Assembly: GCA_035250225.1 (NCBI GenBank)
Contig: DATFFI010000219.1
Coordinates: forward strand, 256 to 64,255
Source: Rhizomicrobium sp.
Lineage (GTDB): Bacteria > Pseudomonadota > Alphaproteobacteria > Micropepsales > Micropepsaceae
Reading direction: 5' to 3'
DNA: 64,000 nucleotides
Numbering within the stretch: position 1 is the stretch's first letter; each line of letters begins with the position of its first letter. Both the position numbers and the translations under genes were made by a program. Below, piece after piece: positions 25,988 through 35,524 of the stretch. The notes beneath the pieces are model-generated. The model searched no databases. It had not been told where the DNA came from and saw only the letters and a program-made list of their open reading frames with translations.

Positions 25988-26947
25988 ATGACATCGCCGC
26001 GCCCGCTGCCGATCCTGAAGTCCAGCCATTTGCTGGGAATCGAGGGCCTTTCGCCGGACGAAGTCACCGCCCTGCTGGATCTGGCCGAATCCTACGTCTC
26101 CCAGGGCCGGGCGGCGGACAAGAAGACCGCCCTGCTCCGCGGCCGCACCCTGATCAACCTGTTCTACGAAGCCTCGACCCGGACCCAGTCCAGTTTCGAG
26201 CTGGCCGGTAAGCGGCTGGGCGCCGATGTGATGAACATGGCGGTCAAGACCTCGTCGGTCTCCAAGGGCGAAACCCTGATCGACACCGCCTCCACCCTCA
26301 ACGCCATGCGGCCCGACATCCTGGTGGTGCGGCACGAGAATGCCGGCGCCGCCGAGCTCCTGTCCCGCAAACTGACCTGCAGTGTGATCAATGCCGGCGA
26401 CGGCGCCCATGAACATCCCACCCAGGCGCTGCTGGACGCCCTGACCATCCGCCGCCGCCTGGGCGGTTTCGAGAACCGCATCGTGGCGATCTGCGGCGAC
26501 ATCCTGCACAGCCGTGTTGCCCGCTCCAATCTGCGCTTGCTGGCGATGATGGGCGCGCGGGTGCGGCTGGTGGCGCCCCGCACCCTGTTGCCGGCCGATG
26601 CCGACCGCTTCGGCGTCGAAGTCTGCACCGACATGCGCGAGGGCCTCAAGGATGCCGACATCGTGATGATGCTGCGGTTGCAGCTGGAACGGATGGGCGG
26701 CGCCTTCATCCCCAGCCCACGCGAATATTTCCGCTTCTACGGCCTGGACCGGGAGAAGCTGGGCTATGCCCGCCCCGGCGCGCTGGTCATGCATCCCGGC
26801 CCGATGAATCGCGGCATCGAGATCGCCTCCGACATCGCCGACGATGTCGAAGTCAGCCTGATTGCCGAACAGGTCGAGATGGGCGTCGCCACCCGCATGG
26901 CGGTGCTGGATGCGCTCAGCCGGAACCAAAGTTGGGATCAATCATGA
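25988..26947 (+). CDS. pyrB: aspartate carbamoyltransferase catalytic subunit
   Basis: Start at [22 protein letters not shown]. Motifs [36 protein letters not shown]. Confidence 0.93.
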   Translation: MTSPRPLPILKSSHLLGIEGLSPDEVTALLDLAESYVSQGRAADKKTALLRGRTLINLFYEASTRTQSSFELAGKRLGADVMNMAVKTSSVSKGETLIDTASTLNAMRPDILVVRHENAGAAELLSRKLTCSVINAGDGAHEHPTQALLDALTIRRRLGGFENRIVAICGDILHSRVARSNLRLLAMMGARVRLVAPRTLLPADADRFGVEVCTDMREGLKDADIVMMLRLQLERMGGAFIPSPREYFRFYGLDREKLGYARPGALVMHPGPMNRGIEIASDIADDVEVSLIAEQVEMGVATRMAVLDALSRNQSWDQS

Positions 26948-28236
26948 ACCGGCGCCTCGCCTTCCGCAACGCGCGGCTGATCGATCCGGCCTCCGGCCTG
27001 GACGTGAAGGGCGGCTTGCTGGTCGAAAATGGCCGCATCGCCGATGTCGGTCCGCGCCTGTTCAACGATGCCGAGCCGCACGATCCCGAAGTGATCGATG
27101 CGCGCGGGCTGATGCTGGCGCCAGGCCTGGTCGATGCCTGCGTCCATACCGGCGAACCGGGCGCGGAGCATCGCGAGAGCCTGGCCTCGGCATCCGAAGC
27201 CGCCGCCGCGGGCGGCGTCACCACCATCGCGGTGATGCCGGCCACCAATCCGGTGATCGACGAACCGTCCCTGGTGGATTTCCTGCTGCGCCGCGCCGCC
27301 GCCACGGCCAAGGTGCGGGTGGCGCCGGTTGCCGCCCTGACCAAGGGCCTGCGCGGCGAGACCATGACCGAGATCGGCCTGTTGCGCGAAGCCGGCGCCG
27401 TCGCCTTCAGCGATGCCGATCGCACCGTCGCCAATGCCCGCGTGCTGCGGCGCGCAATGGCCTATGCCGCCACCTTCGATGCCCTGGTGATGGCGCATGC
27501 CGAGGAACCCGAACTCACCGCCGGCGCTTCGGCCACCGAAAGCGAATTCGCCACCCGCCTGGGCCTGCCCGCCGCCCCCGCCATCGCCGAAGCCATGATC
27601 GTGGCCCGCGACTTAGGCCTGGTCGAGCTGACCGGCGCCCGTTACCACTTCGCGCAGATTTCCACCCGCGCCGCGCTGGACCTGATCGCCGCCGCCAAGA
27701 CACGCGGCCTGCCCGTGACCTGCGGCGTCGCCGCCCATCACCTGATGCTCAACGAGCTGGATGTCGGCTCCTACTACACCTACCGCAAGGTCAAGCCGCC
27801 TTTGCGCAGCGAAGCCGATCGCGCCGCGATGGTCGAGGGCGTGCTGTCCGGCGTGATCGATGTGATCGTCTCCAGCCACGAGCCCCAGGGCGCCGACACC
27901 AAGCGCCAGCCTTTTGCCGCCGCCGCCGCCGGCACGGTGGGACTGGAAACATTGCTGCCGACCGCGTTGGCGCTGTATCATGACGGCGGCGCGCCGCTGC
28001 TGCATGTCCTCAAATCCGTGACCAGCGCCCCTGCCCGGCTGCTGGGCCTGCCCGCCGGCACGCTGGCCAAGGGCGCGCCCGCCGACCTGGTGCTGCTCGA
28101 CGAAAATGAGCCCTTCATGGTTGCGCGGGAGGCCTTGCATTCCCGCGCCCGCAATACCGCCTTTGAAGGCCGCAAATTCCAGGGCCGCGCCCGCATGACG
28201 TTTGTCGGCGGCGAATGCGTGTTCAAGCGCACTTGA
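26944..28236 (+). CDS. pyrC: dihydroorotase-like amidohydrolase (PyrC'-type, degenerate HxH motif)
   Basis: ATGA overlap with pyr[14 protein letters not shown] occupies the position of the canonical D-x-H-x-H-x-R-x-PG zinc motif, with Cys replacing the first His. Amidohydrolase fold pattern throughout. Confidence 0.8.
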   Translation: MNRRLAFRNARLIDPASGLDVKGGLLVENGRIADVGPRLFNDAEPHDPEVIDARGLMLAPGLVDACVHTGEPGAEHRESLASASEAAAAGGVTTIAVMPATNPVIDEPSLVDFLLRRAAATAKVRVAPVAALTKGLRGETMTEIGLLREAGAVAFSDADRTVANARVLRRAMAYAATFDALVMAHAEEPELTAGASATESEFATRLGLPAAPAIAEAMIVARDLGLVELTGARYHFAQISTRAALDLIAAAKTRGLPVTCGVAAHHLMLNELDVGSYYTYRKVKPPLRSEADRAAMVEGVLSGVIDVIVSSHEPQGADTKRQPFAAAAAGTVGLETLLPTALALYHDGGAPLLHVLKSVTSAPARLLGLPAGTLAKGAPADLVLLDENEPFMVAREALHSRARNTAFEGRKFQGRARMTFVGGECVFKRT

Positions 28237-28257
28237 TTTTCATCTAGGCTCCCAATC

Positions 28258-28854
28258 ATGGGGCAATCACCTGACATCCTGATCGCGTTGGGAATCGGCT
28301 ATTTGCTGGGTTCAATCCCTTTTGGCCTGTTCTTCGCCTTTGCCTCGGGCGCCGGCGATGTCCGCAGGATCGGCAGCGGCAACATCGGCGCCACCAATGT
28401 CTTGCGCACCGGCAAGAAATGGGCGGCAGCGGCGACCCTGTTGTGTGACGGCCTTAAGGGCGTGGCGGCGGTGCTGATCGTACGCTGCGTCCTGCCGCCC
28501 GGCGCCGAGATTTTCGCCGCGGCTGGCGCGGTGCTGGGCCATGTCTTTCCGATCTGGCTGCGCTTCAAGGGCGGCAAGGGAGTCGCCACCTTCCTGGGCG
28601 TCAGCTTGGCGCTGCACTGGCCGGCGGGACTGGCGATCGCCGCGACCTGGCTGGGCATGGCGGTCCTGTTCCGCATCTCCTCCCTCTCCGCCCTGATCGC
28701 CGTCGCACTGGCGCCGGTTTATTTCTGGCTGCTAGGGCGCGGCGACTATGCGCCGCTGGCGGCGTTGCTGGCGCTTCTGGTGATCGCGCTGCATCATGCC
28801 AATATCCGCCGCCTGCTGGACGGCACCGAGCCGCGCATCGAATCCAAAAAATGA
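28258..28854 (+). CDS. plsY: glycerol-3-phosphate acyltransferase PlsY
   Basis: 198 aa, polytopic, with motif GSGNIGATNVLRTGKK. Confidence 0.92.
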   Translation: MGQSPDILIALGIGYLLGSIPFGLFFAFASGAGDVRRIGSGNIGATNVLRTGKKWAAAATLLCDGLKGVAAVLIVRCVLPPGAEIFAAAGAVLGHVFPIWLRFKGGKGVATFLGVSLALHWPAGLAIAATWLGMAVLFRISSLSALIAVALAPVYFWLLGRGDYAPLAALLALLVIALHHANIRRLLDGTEPRIESKK

Positions 28855-29942
28855 AAGACAGTGAACGCCTGGCCTGGTTGCGGCTGGCCCGCACCGAAAA
28901 TGTCGGCCCCGTCACCTTCGCCAGCCTGATTGCGCGCTTCGGTTCGGCGCAAGCGGCGCTGGCCGAAGCGCCGCGCCTGGCGGCGCGCGGCGGCAAGCCT
29001 CTGGTACTGCCGCCGGAAGATGAGATCGCGCGCGAGATGACGGCGCTTTCCCGGTTGGGTGGCCGCTTCCTCCTGTCCGGCGAAGCCGGCTATCCGCATG
29101 GCCTCAAAGCATTGGAAGCGCCGCCGCCCGCCCTTGCGGTGCTGGGCCAGACGCATCTGCTGCAAAAAGACATGGTCGCCATGGTCGGCGCGCGCAATGC
29201 TTCGGCGCTGGGGCGCAGGCTGACCGCGATGCTGGCGCAGGAGCTGGGCGACGCCGGTCTGGGCATCGTTTCCGGCCTGGCGCGTGGCATCGATGCGGCC
29301 GCGCATGAAGCTTCGCTGCCAGGCGGCACCGTGGCGGTGGTGGCGGGCGGCGTCGACATCATCTATCCGCCCGAGCACCAGGCGCTCTATGAAGCCATTG
29401 TGGCGCAAGGCGTCATCGTCAGCGAAATGCCCCTGGGCGAACAGCCGCAGGCGCGGCACTTCCCGCGCCGCAACCGGTTGATCAGCGGTCTGTCGCGTGG
29501 CGTAGTGGTGGTCGAGGCGGCGGAGCGTTCCGGCTCGCTGATCACCGCCAATTATGCGCTGGAACAGGGCCGCGAAATTTTCGCCGTGCCGGGGTCGCCG
29601 CTCGATCCGCGTGCCAAAGGCTGCAACCGGCTGCTGCGCGACGGCGCCACCCTCACCGAAAGCGCCGAAGATGTGCTCACCGTGCTCAGGCCCATCTTGG
29701 GCGCCGGCTTTGCCGAACCGGAGAGCGGTTCGTCACCCATATCGCCGCCGGAGACGTCGGAGGCCGAGGCCGACCGCATCCGGGCCAAGGTCGAGGAAGC
29801 CCTGGGCCCGGCCCCCGTGGCGGTTGACGAACTGATCCGCCAGATCGGTGCCCCGCCGGCGGCAGTCCTGACGGTTCTGTTGGAACTGGAGCTGGCTGGG
29901 CGCTGCGCCCGCCATCCCGGCAACCGGGTGTCCTGGGCATGA
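28851..29942 (+). CDS. dprA: DNA-processing protein DprA (Smf)
   Basis: 363 aa: GLARGIDAAAHEASL, FPRRNRLISGLS, GSLITA. Overlaps the plsY stop by 4 nt. Confidence 0.9.
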   Translation: MKDSERLAWLRLARTENVGPVTFASLIARFGSAQAALAEAPRLAARGGKPLVLPPEDEIAREMTALSRLGGRFLLSGEAGYPHGLKALEAPPPALAVLGQTHLLQKDMVAMVGARNASALGRRLTAMLAQELGDAGLGIVSGLARGIDAAAHEASLPGGTVAVVAGGVDIIYPPEHQALYEAIVAQGVIVSEMPLGEQPQARHFPRRNRLISGLSRGVVVVEAAERSGSLITANYALEQGREIFAVPGSPLDPRAKGCNRLLRDGATLTESAEDVLTVLRPILGAGFAEPESGSSPISPPETSEAEADRIRAKVEEALGPAPVAVDELIRQIGAPPAAVLTVLLELELAGRCARHPGNRVSWA

Positions 29943-30248
29943 ATGGCCGGGTCTGAAACCGGGAAAGCGCCCCATCGCGCCGGCCGGTGTAACGAGATCG
30001 CAATAAGTTCGGCGTTTACCATGCTGAAGCGTCGCAACGAATTACAATTTTAAGTGGTATTAATTGTCAAAAATAGCCGAAATTACAATCTTTAGTATTG
30101 ATGCTGGCCCGGAGGCTCCGTTGACAGGCCGCCGCGGCTTCCATCAGTGTCCGCCGCCTTTGCCGACGCCCGGCCTTGTCCGGGCGGCCCCGCGACCCCC
30201 GATCAGCCGCTTCCCCCGAACCGGCACCCAAAAGATTGCAGAGTTCTG

Positions 30249-32915
30249 ATGAACGTTCTTGTCGTCGAATCCCCCGCCAAGGCCAAGACGATCAATAAGT
30301 ATCTTGGCGACAATTATAAGGTGCTGGCCAGCTTTGGCCATATCCGGGACCTGCCGTCTAAGGACGGCTCGGTGAAGCCGGACGACGATTTTTCCATGGT
30401 CTGGGACGTGGATGCCCGGGCCCAGTCCAAGATCAGCGACATCGCCAAGGCGGTAAAGGGCGCGGACAAGCTGATCCTGGCCACCGACCCCGACCGCGAG
30501 GGCGAGGCCATCTCCTGGCACATCCTGGAAGTGCTGAAGGAGAAGGGCCTGCTCAAGATGCCGGTCGAGCGGGTCGCCTTTAACGCCATCACCAAATCTT
30601 CCATCCAGGAAGCGATGAAGCATCCCCGCCAGATCGATACCGACCTGGTGGACGCCTATCTGGCGCGCCGCGCGCTGGACTATCTGGTCGGCTTCACCCT
30701 GTCGCCGGTGTTGTGGCGCAAGCTGCCCGGCGCCCGCTCGGCCGGCCGCGTCCAGAGCGTGGCCTTGCGCCTGATCGTCGAGCGCGAAGCCGAGATCGAA
30801 GCCTTCAAGACGCAGGAATACTGGTCCATCGACGCCGCCATCGCGGCCAAGGCCGGCAATTTTTCGGCCCGGCTGGTGCAGCTGGACGGCAAGAAGCTGG
30901 AAAAGCACGCGCTCGCCAGTGAAGCCGACGCCCAGCGCGCCCTGGCCGCCATCCAGGCGCAGAGTTTCAAGGTCGGCAGCGTCGAGGCCAGCCCGGTCCG
31001 GCGCAATCCCTCCCCGCCCTTCATCACCTCGACCCTGCAGCAGGAAGCCAGCCGCAAGCTGGGCTTCAATGCCAAGCGCACCATGCAGATCGCGCAAGGT
31101 CTTTATGAAGGCGTCGAAATCGGCGGCGAGACCACCGGCCTGATCACCTATATGCGAACCGACGGCGTCATCATGGTGCCGGAAGCCATCGCCGAAGCCC
31201 GCGATGTCATCTCCAAGAATTACGGCGCCAAGTACCTGCCGTCCCGCCCACGCGAATACACCTCGCGCGCCAAGAATGCCCAGGAAGCGCATGAGGCGAT
31301 CCGGCCCACCGGTTTTGCCCGCACCCCCGAAAGCGTGGCGCGTTACCTCGATGCCGACGCCGCCAGGCTTTACGAGCTGATCTGGAAGCGCGCCCTTTCC
31401 AGCCAGATGGAAAGCGCCGAGCAGGAACGCACCACGGTCGATGTCGTCTCCGCCGACGGCAGGATCACCCTGCGCGCCACCGGCACGGTCCTGCTGTTCG
31501 ACGGCTTTCTCACGCTCTATCTGGAAGGCCAGGACGACAGCACTGACGAAGACGGCGACAATTTGCCCAAGGTCGCGGCGGGCGACGCCACAGAGGTGCG
31601 GGAAATCACCCCGGCACAGCATTTCACCGAACCGCCGCCGCGCTATTCCGAAGCCAGCCTGGTGGGCGCGATGGAAAAGCTGGGCATCGGCCGGCCCTCG
31701 ACCTATGCCTCGATCCTTTCGACCCTGCGTGATCGCGCCTATGTGAAGATGGAACGCGGCCGCTTCCAGCCGGAAGACAAGGGCCGCCTGGTCACCACCT
31801 TCCTGCAAAGCTTCTTCAAGCACTATGTCGAGTATGAATTCACCGCCGACCTGGAAGAGAAGCTGGACGATGTCTCGGCCCACAAGCTGGACTACAAGAC
31901 GCTGCTGCGCGACTTCTGGAAGGATTTCTCCGCCGCCGTGGCCGAGACCAAGGACCTGCGCATCACCCAGGTGATCGACGAGCTGGAAGCGGTCATGGGC
32001 GCGCATATCTTCCCACCCGGCGAAGACGGCGTCGATCCGCGCAAATGCCCGTCCTGCGAGAATGGCCGTCTCAATCTCAAACTGGGCCGTTTCGGCGCCT
32101 TTATCGGCTGCACCAACTATCCCGAGTGCAAATTCACCAAGCAGATCGGCGCCAAGCCGGGTGAAGGCGATACGGGGCCGGTGGATATCGGCATCTTCCC
32201 GGGTACCGAAGAGAAGATCACCCTGCGTTCGGGCCGTTTCGGGCCCTATGTGCAGCTGGGCGAAGGCGACAAGCCCAAGCGCAGCGGCCTGCCCAAGGGT
32301 ACCGACAGGGCGGATGTCGATCTGGAGCTGGCGGTCAAGCTGCTGTCATTGCCGCGCGAAGTCGGCCTGCATCCCGAGGACGGCAAGAAGATCACCGCCA
32401 ATTTCGGACGCTTTGGACCCTATGTTGCCCATGACGGCATCTATGCCTCGCTGGAATCGCCGGAAGACGTGTTCGAAATCGGCCTCAACCGCGCCGTCAC
32501 CCTGCTGGCCGAGAAGAAGGCCAAGGGCCCGGGCCGCCGCGGCGCCCAGACGCTGAAGGAACTGGGCAACAATCCGGAAGGCACCGCCATCAAGGTGCTC
32601 AAAGGCAAGTTCGGACCCTATGTCAGTGACGGCACCACCAATGCCACCCTGCCCGAAGGCACCGAGCCCGAAAGTGTCACCATGGAACAGGCGCTGGCGC
32701 TGATCGCCGAACGCGCGGCGAAAGGCGGCAAGAAGGCAAAAAAGACGGCCAAGGCGAAGGCTCCGGTCCAAAAAGAAAAGAAGGCCGAAAGCAAAACCAA
32801 GAAAGAAAAAGCTGCGCCCAAGAAGGCCGCGGCCAAACCCGCAACCAAGACGAAAGCTGCCGCAAAATCCCAGGACAAGAAAAAGTCCAAAGAGCCCGAG
32901 CTGGCAGGCGAATAG
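30249..32915 (+). CDS. topA: DNA topoisomerase I
   Basis: Start at MNVLVVESPAKAKTINKYLG (TOPRIM). Active-site region GLITYMRTDG, Zn-ribbon CPSCENG...CTNYPEC, and a Lys/Ala-rich C-terminal tail. Confidence 0.95.
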   Translation: MNVLVVESPAKAKTINKYLGDNYKVLASFGHIRDLPSKDGSVKPDDDFSMVWDVDARAQSKISDIAKAVKGADKLILATDPDREGEAISWHILEVLKEKGLLKMPVERVAFNAITKSSIQEAMKHPRQIDTDLVDAYLARRALDYLVGFTLSPVLWRKLPGARSAGRVQSVALRLIVEREAEIEAFKTQEYWSIDAAIAAKAGNFSARLVQLDGKKLEKHALASEADAQRALAAIQAQSFKVGSVEASPVRRNPSPPFITSTLQQEASRKLGFNAKRTMQIAQGLYEGVEIGGETTGLITYMRTDGVIMVPEAIAEARDVISKNYGAKYLPSRPREYTSRAKNAQEAHEAIRPTGFARTPESVARYLDADAARLYELIWKRALSSQMESAEQERTTVDVVSADGRITLRATGTVLLFDGFLTLYLEGQDDSTDEDGDNLPKVAAGDATEVREITPAQHFTEPPPRYSEASLVGAMEKLGIGRPSTYASILSTLRDRAYVKMERGRFQPEDKGRLVTTFLQSFFKHYVEYEFTADLEEKLDDVSAHKLDYKTLLRDFWKDFSAAVAETKDLRITQVIDELEAVMGAHIFPPGEDGVDPRKCPSCENGRLNLKLGRFGAFIGCTNYPECKFTKQIGAKPGEGDTGPVDIGIFPGTEEKITLRSGRFGPYVQLGEGDKPKRSGLPKGTDRADVDLELAVKLLSLPREVGLHPEDGKKITANFGRFGPYVAHDGIYASLESPEDVFEIGLNRAVTLLAEKKAKGPGRRGAQTLKELGNNPEGTAIKVLKGKFGPYVSDGTTNATLPEGTEPESVTMEQALALIAERAAKGGKKAKKTAKAKAPVQKEKKAESKTKKEKAAPKKAAAKPATKTKAAAKSQDKKKSKEPELAGE

Positions 32916-32920
32916 AGCCA

Positions 32921-35191
32921 TTGAAGAAAACGACCAACATGAAGAACGCGCCCGCCCTGGACAAGGCGCGCGTGCTGGAGCTGCTTGCTTCCAACCCCGG
33001 CGCCAACAAGCGCGACCTGTCCAAATTGCTGGGCCTGAAGGGCTCGGACCGTATCATCCTCAAGCGCGTACTGAAGGAGCTGGAGCAGGACGGCGCCATC
33101 GAAGGCAGCAAGAAGCGCGGCCTGACCAGGCGCGGCGAACTGCCGGAAATCACGGTGATCGAGATCACCGGCAACGATCCCGACGGCGAATTCATCGCCC
33201 GGCCGCTGCAATGGGATTCCAACCAAGACCCGCCTGTCATCTATGTCATCCCGCCCAAGGAAGGCGGCGCACCGTCTTCCGGATCGCGCCTGCTGGCCCG
33301 GCTGGAGAAACACGGCGATCATTACGAAGCGAAGATCATTCGCCGGCTGGAGGCCGAAGCCCAATCCCGCATCCTGGGCGTGCTGCGCGAACATCACGCC
33401 TCTCATGGAAGAAGTGAGGGCTTCCGGCTGGAGCCGGTCGATAAGAAGGCGCGCACCGAATATGCGCTGGAAAAATCCGACCTGGGCGGCGCAAAGCACA
33501 ATGAACTGGTTGCCGCCGAACCGGTACCGGGCCGCATTGCCGGCTTTTCCCGGGTGCGGGTGGTGGAACGCATCGGCTCGATGGATTCCCCCCGCACCAT
33601 CAGCCTGATCGCGATTCACGACCACGGCATTCCGACCGAATTTCCACCTGCCGTCCTGGCGCAGGCCCAGGCGGCCCAGCCGGTGGATCCGCCCGATATC
33701 AAAAAGGGGGGCCGCACCGATCTGCGCGCCATTCCGCTGGTCACCATCGATCCGGCCGACGCCCGCGACCATGACGATGCCGTCTGGGCCGGGCCGGACG
33801 ACGATCCGGGCAACCCGGGCGGGCATGTCTGCCTGGTGGCCATCGCCGATGTCGCCTACTACGTCACGCCAGGCTCCGCGCTGGACAAGGAAGCGCTGAA
33901 GCGCGGCAACAGCGCCTATTTTCCCGACCGCGTCGTACCGATGCTGCCGGAAGAACTTTCGGCCGATCTCTGCTCCCTGAAGGAAGGATTGGACCGGGCC
34001 TGCCTGGTGGTACGCATGGTGCTCGATTCCAAGGGCAGGAAGCGCAGTCACACTTTCCTGCGCGGCGTGATGCGCTCGGCGGCGCGGCTGACCTACAGCC
34101 AGGCACAGGCCGCTTTCGACGGCAAGCCGGACGTGGCGATGAGCGCGACGGTGAAACAGACACTGGCGCAGCTCTGGGCCGCTTACAAATCCCTGACCGT
34201 CGAACGCGAGCATCGCGATCCGCTCGATCTCGACCTGCCGGAGCGGCGCATCGTGCTGGGCGGCGACGGCAAGGTCGCTTCCATCGCCTATCGCGAGCGG
34301 CTGGAATCGATGAAGCTGATCGAGGAATTCATGGTGCTGGCCAATGTCTGCGCCGCCGAGAGCCTGGAACAGGCCAGGACACCGCTGATCTACCGTGTCC
34401 ATGACACGCCCTCGAAGGAGAAGCTGTTCGCCTTCTCCGATTTCCTGCGCACCCTCAATCTCAGCTTCGCCAAGGGCCAGGTGGTCAAGCCAGGCGTCTT
34501 CAACCGCATCCTGCAGCAAGGCAAGGGCAAGCCGCATGAGGGCGCCCTGAATGACGTGGTGCTGCGCAGCCAGGCCCAGGCGATCTATGACAACGCCAAT
34601 ATCGGGCATTTCGGCCTCAACCTCGCCAAGTATGCCCACTTCACTTCGCCCATCCGCCGTTACGCCGATCTGGTGGTGCATCGCGCCCTGATCCGCGCCT
34701 TCAAGTTTGGTGATGACGGGCTTGGCGACGCAGAAGCGGGCAAGCTGAAGCAAACCGCCGAACACATCACCGTGACGGAACGGCGGGCGATGGCGGCGGA
34801 GCGCGATTCCACTGACCGCTATGTCGCCGCCTATATGGCCGACCGGGTCGGGGCGGAATTCCAGGCCCGCGTCACCGGCGTCACCCGCTTCGGCCTGTTC
34901 GTGCGGCTGGCCGAAACCGGCGCCGAAGGCCTGATCCCCATCCGGGCGCTGGGCACTGAGTTTTTCCGCCATGACGAGCGGCAGCAGGCCCTGATCGGGG
35001 AACGGTCCCGTCACGCCTACCGCATGGGCGATCCGCTGGAGGTCACCCTGGAAGAAGCCGCCCCGGTCACCGGCGGACTGCGCTTTGCCCTGGCCGGGGC
35101 GGCCGGCAGCCCGGCCCCCAAGGGGCATTCCGGCCGCTTTAAAGGGCCGAACCGGGAGAAAAAGGGCGGTTTTCAGCGAAAAAAGCGGTAA
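32921..35191 (+). CDS. rnr: ribonuclease R
   Basis: RNB catalytic motif TIDPADARDHDDAV, a C-terminal S1 domain (FQARVTGVTRFGLFVRL) and a basic tail. TTG at 32921 or ATG at 32939 could be the start. Confidence 0.92.
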   Translation: MKKTTNMKNAPALDKARVLELLASNPGANKRDLSKLLGLKGSDRIILKRVLKELEQDGAIEGSKKRGLTRRGELPEITVIEITGNDPDGEFIARPLQWDSNQDPPVIYVIPPKEGGAPSSGSRLLARLEKHGDHYEAKIIRRLEAEAQSRILGVLREHHASHGRSEGFRLEPVDKKARTEYALEKSDLGGAKHNELVAAEPVPGRIAGFSRVRVVERIGSMDSPRTISLIAIHDHGIPTEFPPAVLAQAQAAQPVDPPDIKKGGRTDLRAIPLVTIDPADARDHDDAVWAGPDDDPGNPGGHVCLVAIADVAYYVTPGSALDKEALKRGNSAYFPDRVVPMLPEELSADLCSLKEGLDRACLVVRMVLDSKGRKRSHTFLRGVMRSAARLTYSQAQAAFDGKPDVAMSATVKQTLAQLWAAYKSLTVEREHRDPLDLDLPERRIVLGGDGKVASIAYRERLESMKLIEEFMVLANVCAAESLEQARTPLIYRVHDTPSKEKLFAFSDFLRTLNLSFAKGQVVKPGVFNRILQQGKGKPHEGALNDVVLRSQAQAIYDNANIGHFGLNLAKYAHFTSPIRRYADLVVHRALIRAFKFGDDGLGDAEAGKLKQTAEHITVTERRAMAAERDSTDRYVAAYMADRVGAEFQARVTGVTRFGLFVRLAETGAEGLIPIRALGTEFFRHDERQQALIGERSRHAYRMGDPLEVTLEEAAPVTGGLRFALAGAAGSPAPKGHSGRFKGPNREKKGGFQRKKR

Positions 35192-35316
35192 TTTTGGTCG
35201 CGCGGCCGGACGGAAAACCGCTCCACACTTTCCCTGGCCGGTGCTCCTGCTTGACTTAAAAGGTCCCTTCCCCCAAAACCCGCCGCCTTACCTATTGCGA
35301 CTTTCCGGAGATTCCC

Positions 35317-35484
35317 ATGGCGAAGCCCACCACTGCCAAGATCCGCCTCAACAGCGAAGGCGGCACCGGCTTCTTCTATGTGACCAAGAAGAACACCCGC
35401 ACCATGACCGAGAAGTTCTCGATCAAGAAGTACGACCCGGTGCTGCGCAAGCATGTCGAATTCAAGGAAGGCAAGATCAAGTAA
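35317..35484 (+). CDS. rpmG: 50S ribosomal protein L33
   Basis: Manual translation gives [55 protein letters not shown] (55 aa). It is too short for the ORF track. Confidence 0.9.
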   Translation: MAKPTTAKIRLNSEGGTGFFYVTKKNTRTMTEKFSIKKYDPVLRKHVEFKEGKIK

Positions 35485-35524
35485 GCATCTCGCTTTCCTG
35501 ATCCGAGATTATTAGCCTTCGCGC

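Noticed and set aside
30050-30063. CtrA-box-like TTAAGTGGTATTAA upstream of topA, and a second TTAACTGCTATTAA at 39548-39561 upstream of coaBC.
   Set aside because: Both have TTAA-N6-TTAA spacing, whereas the established CtrA consensus is TTAA-N7-TTAA. I cannot support a CtrA site call without a proper matrix scan.
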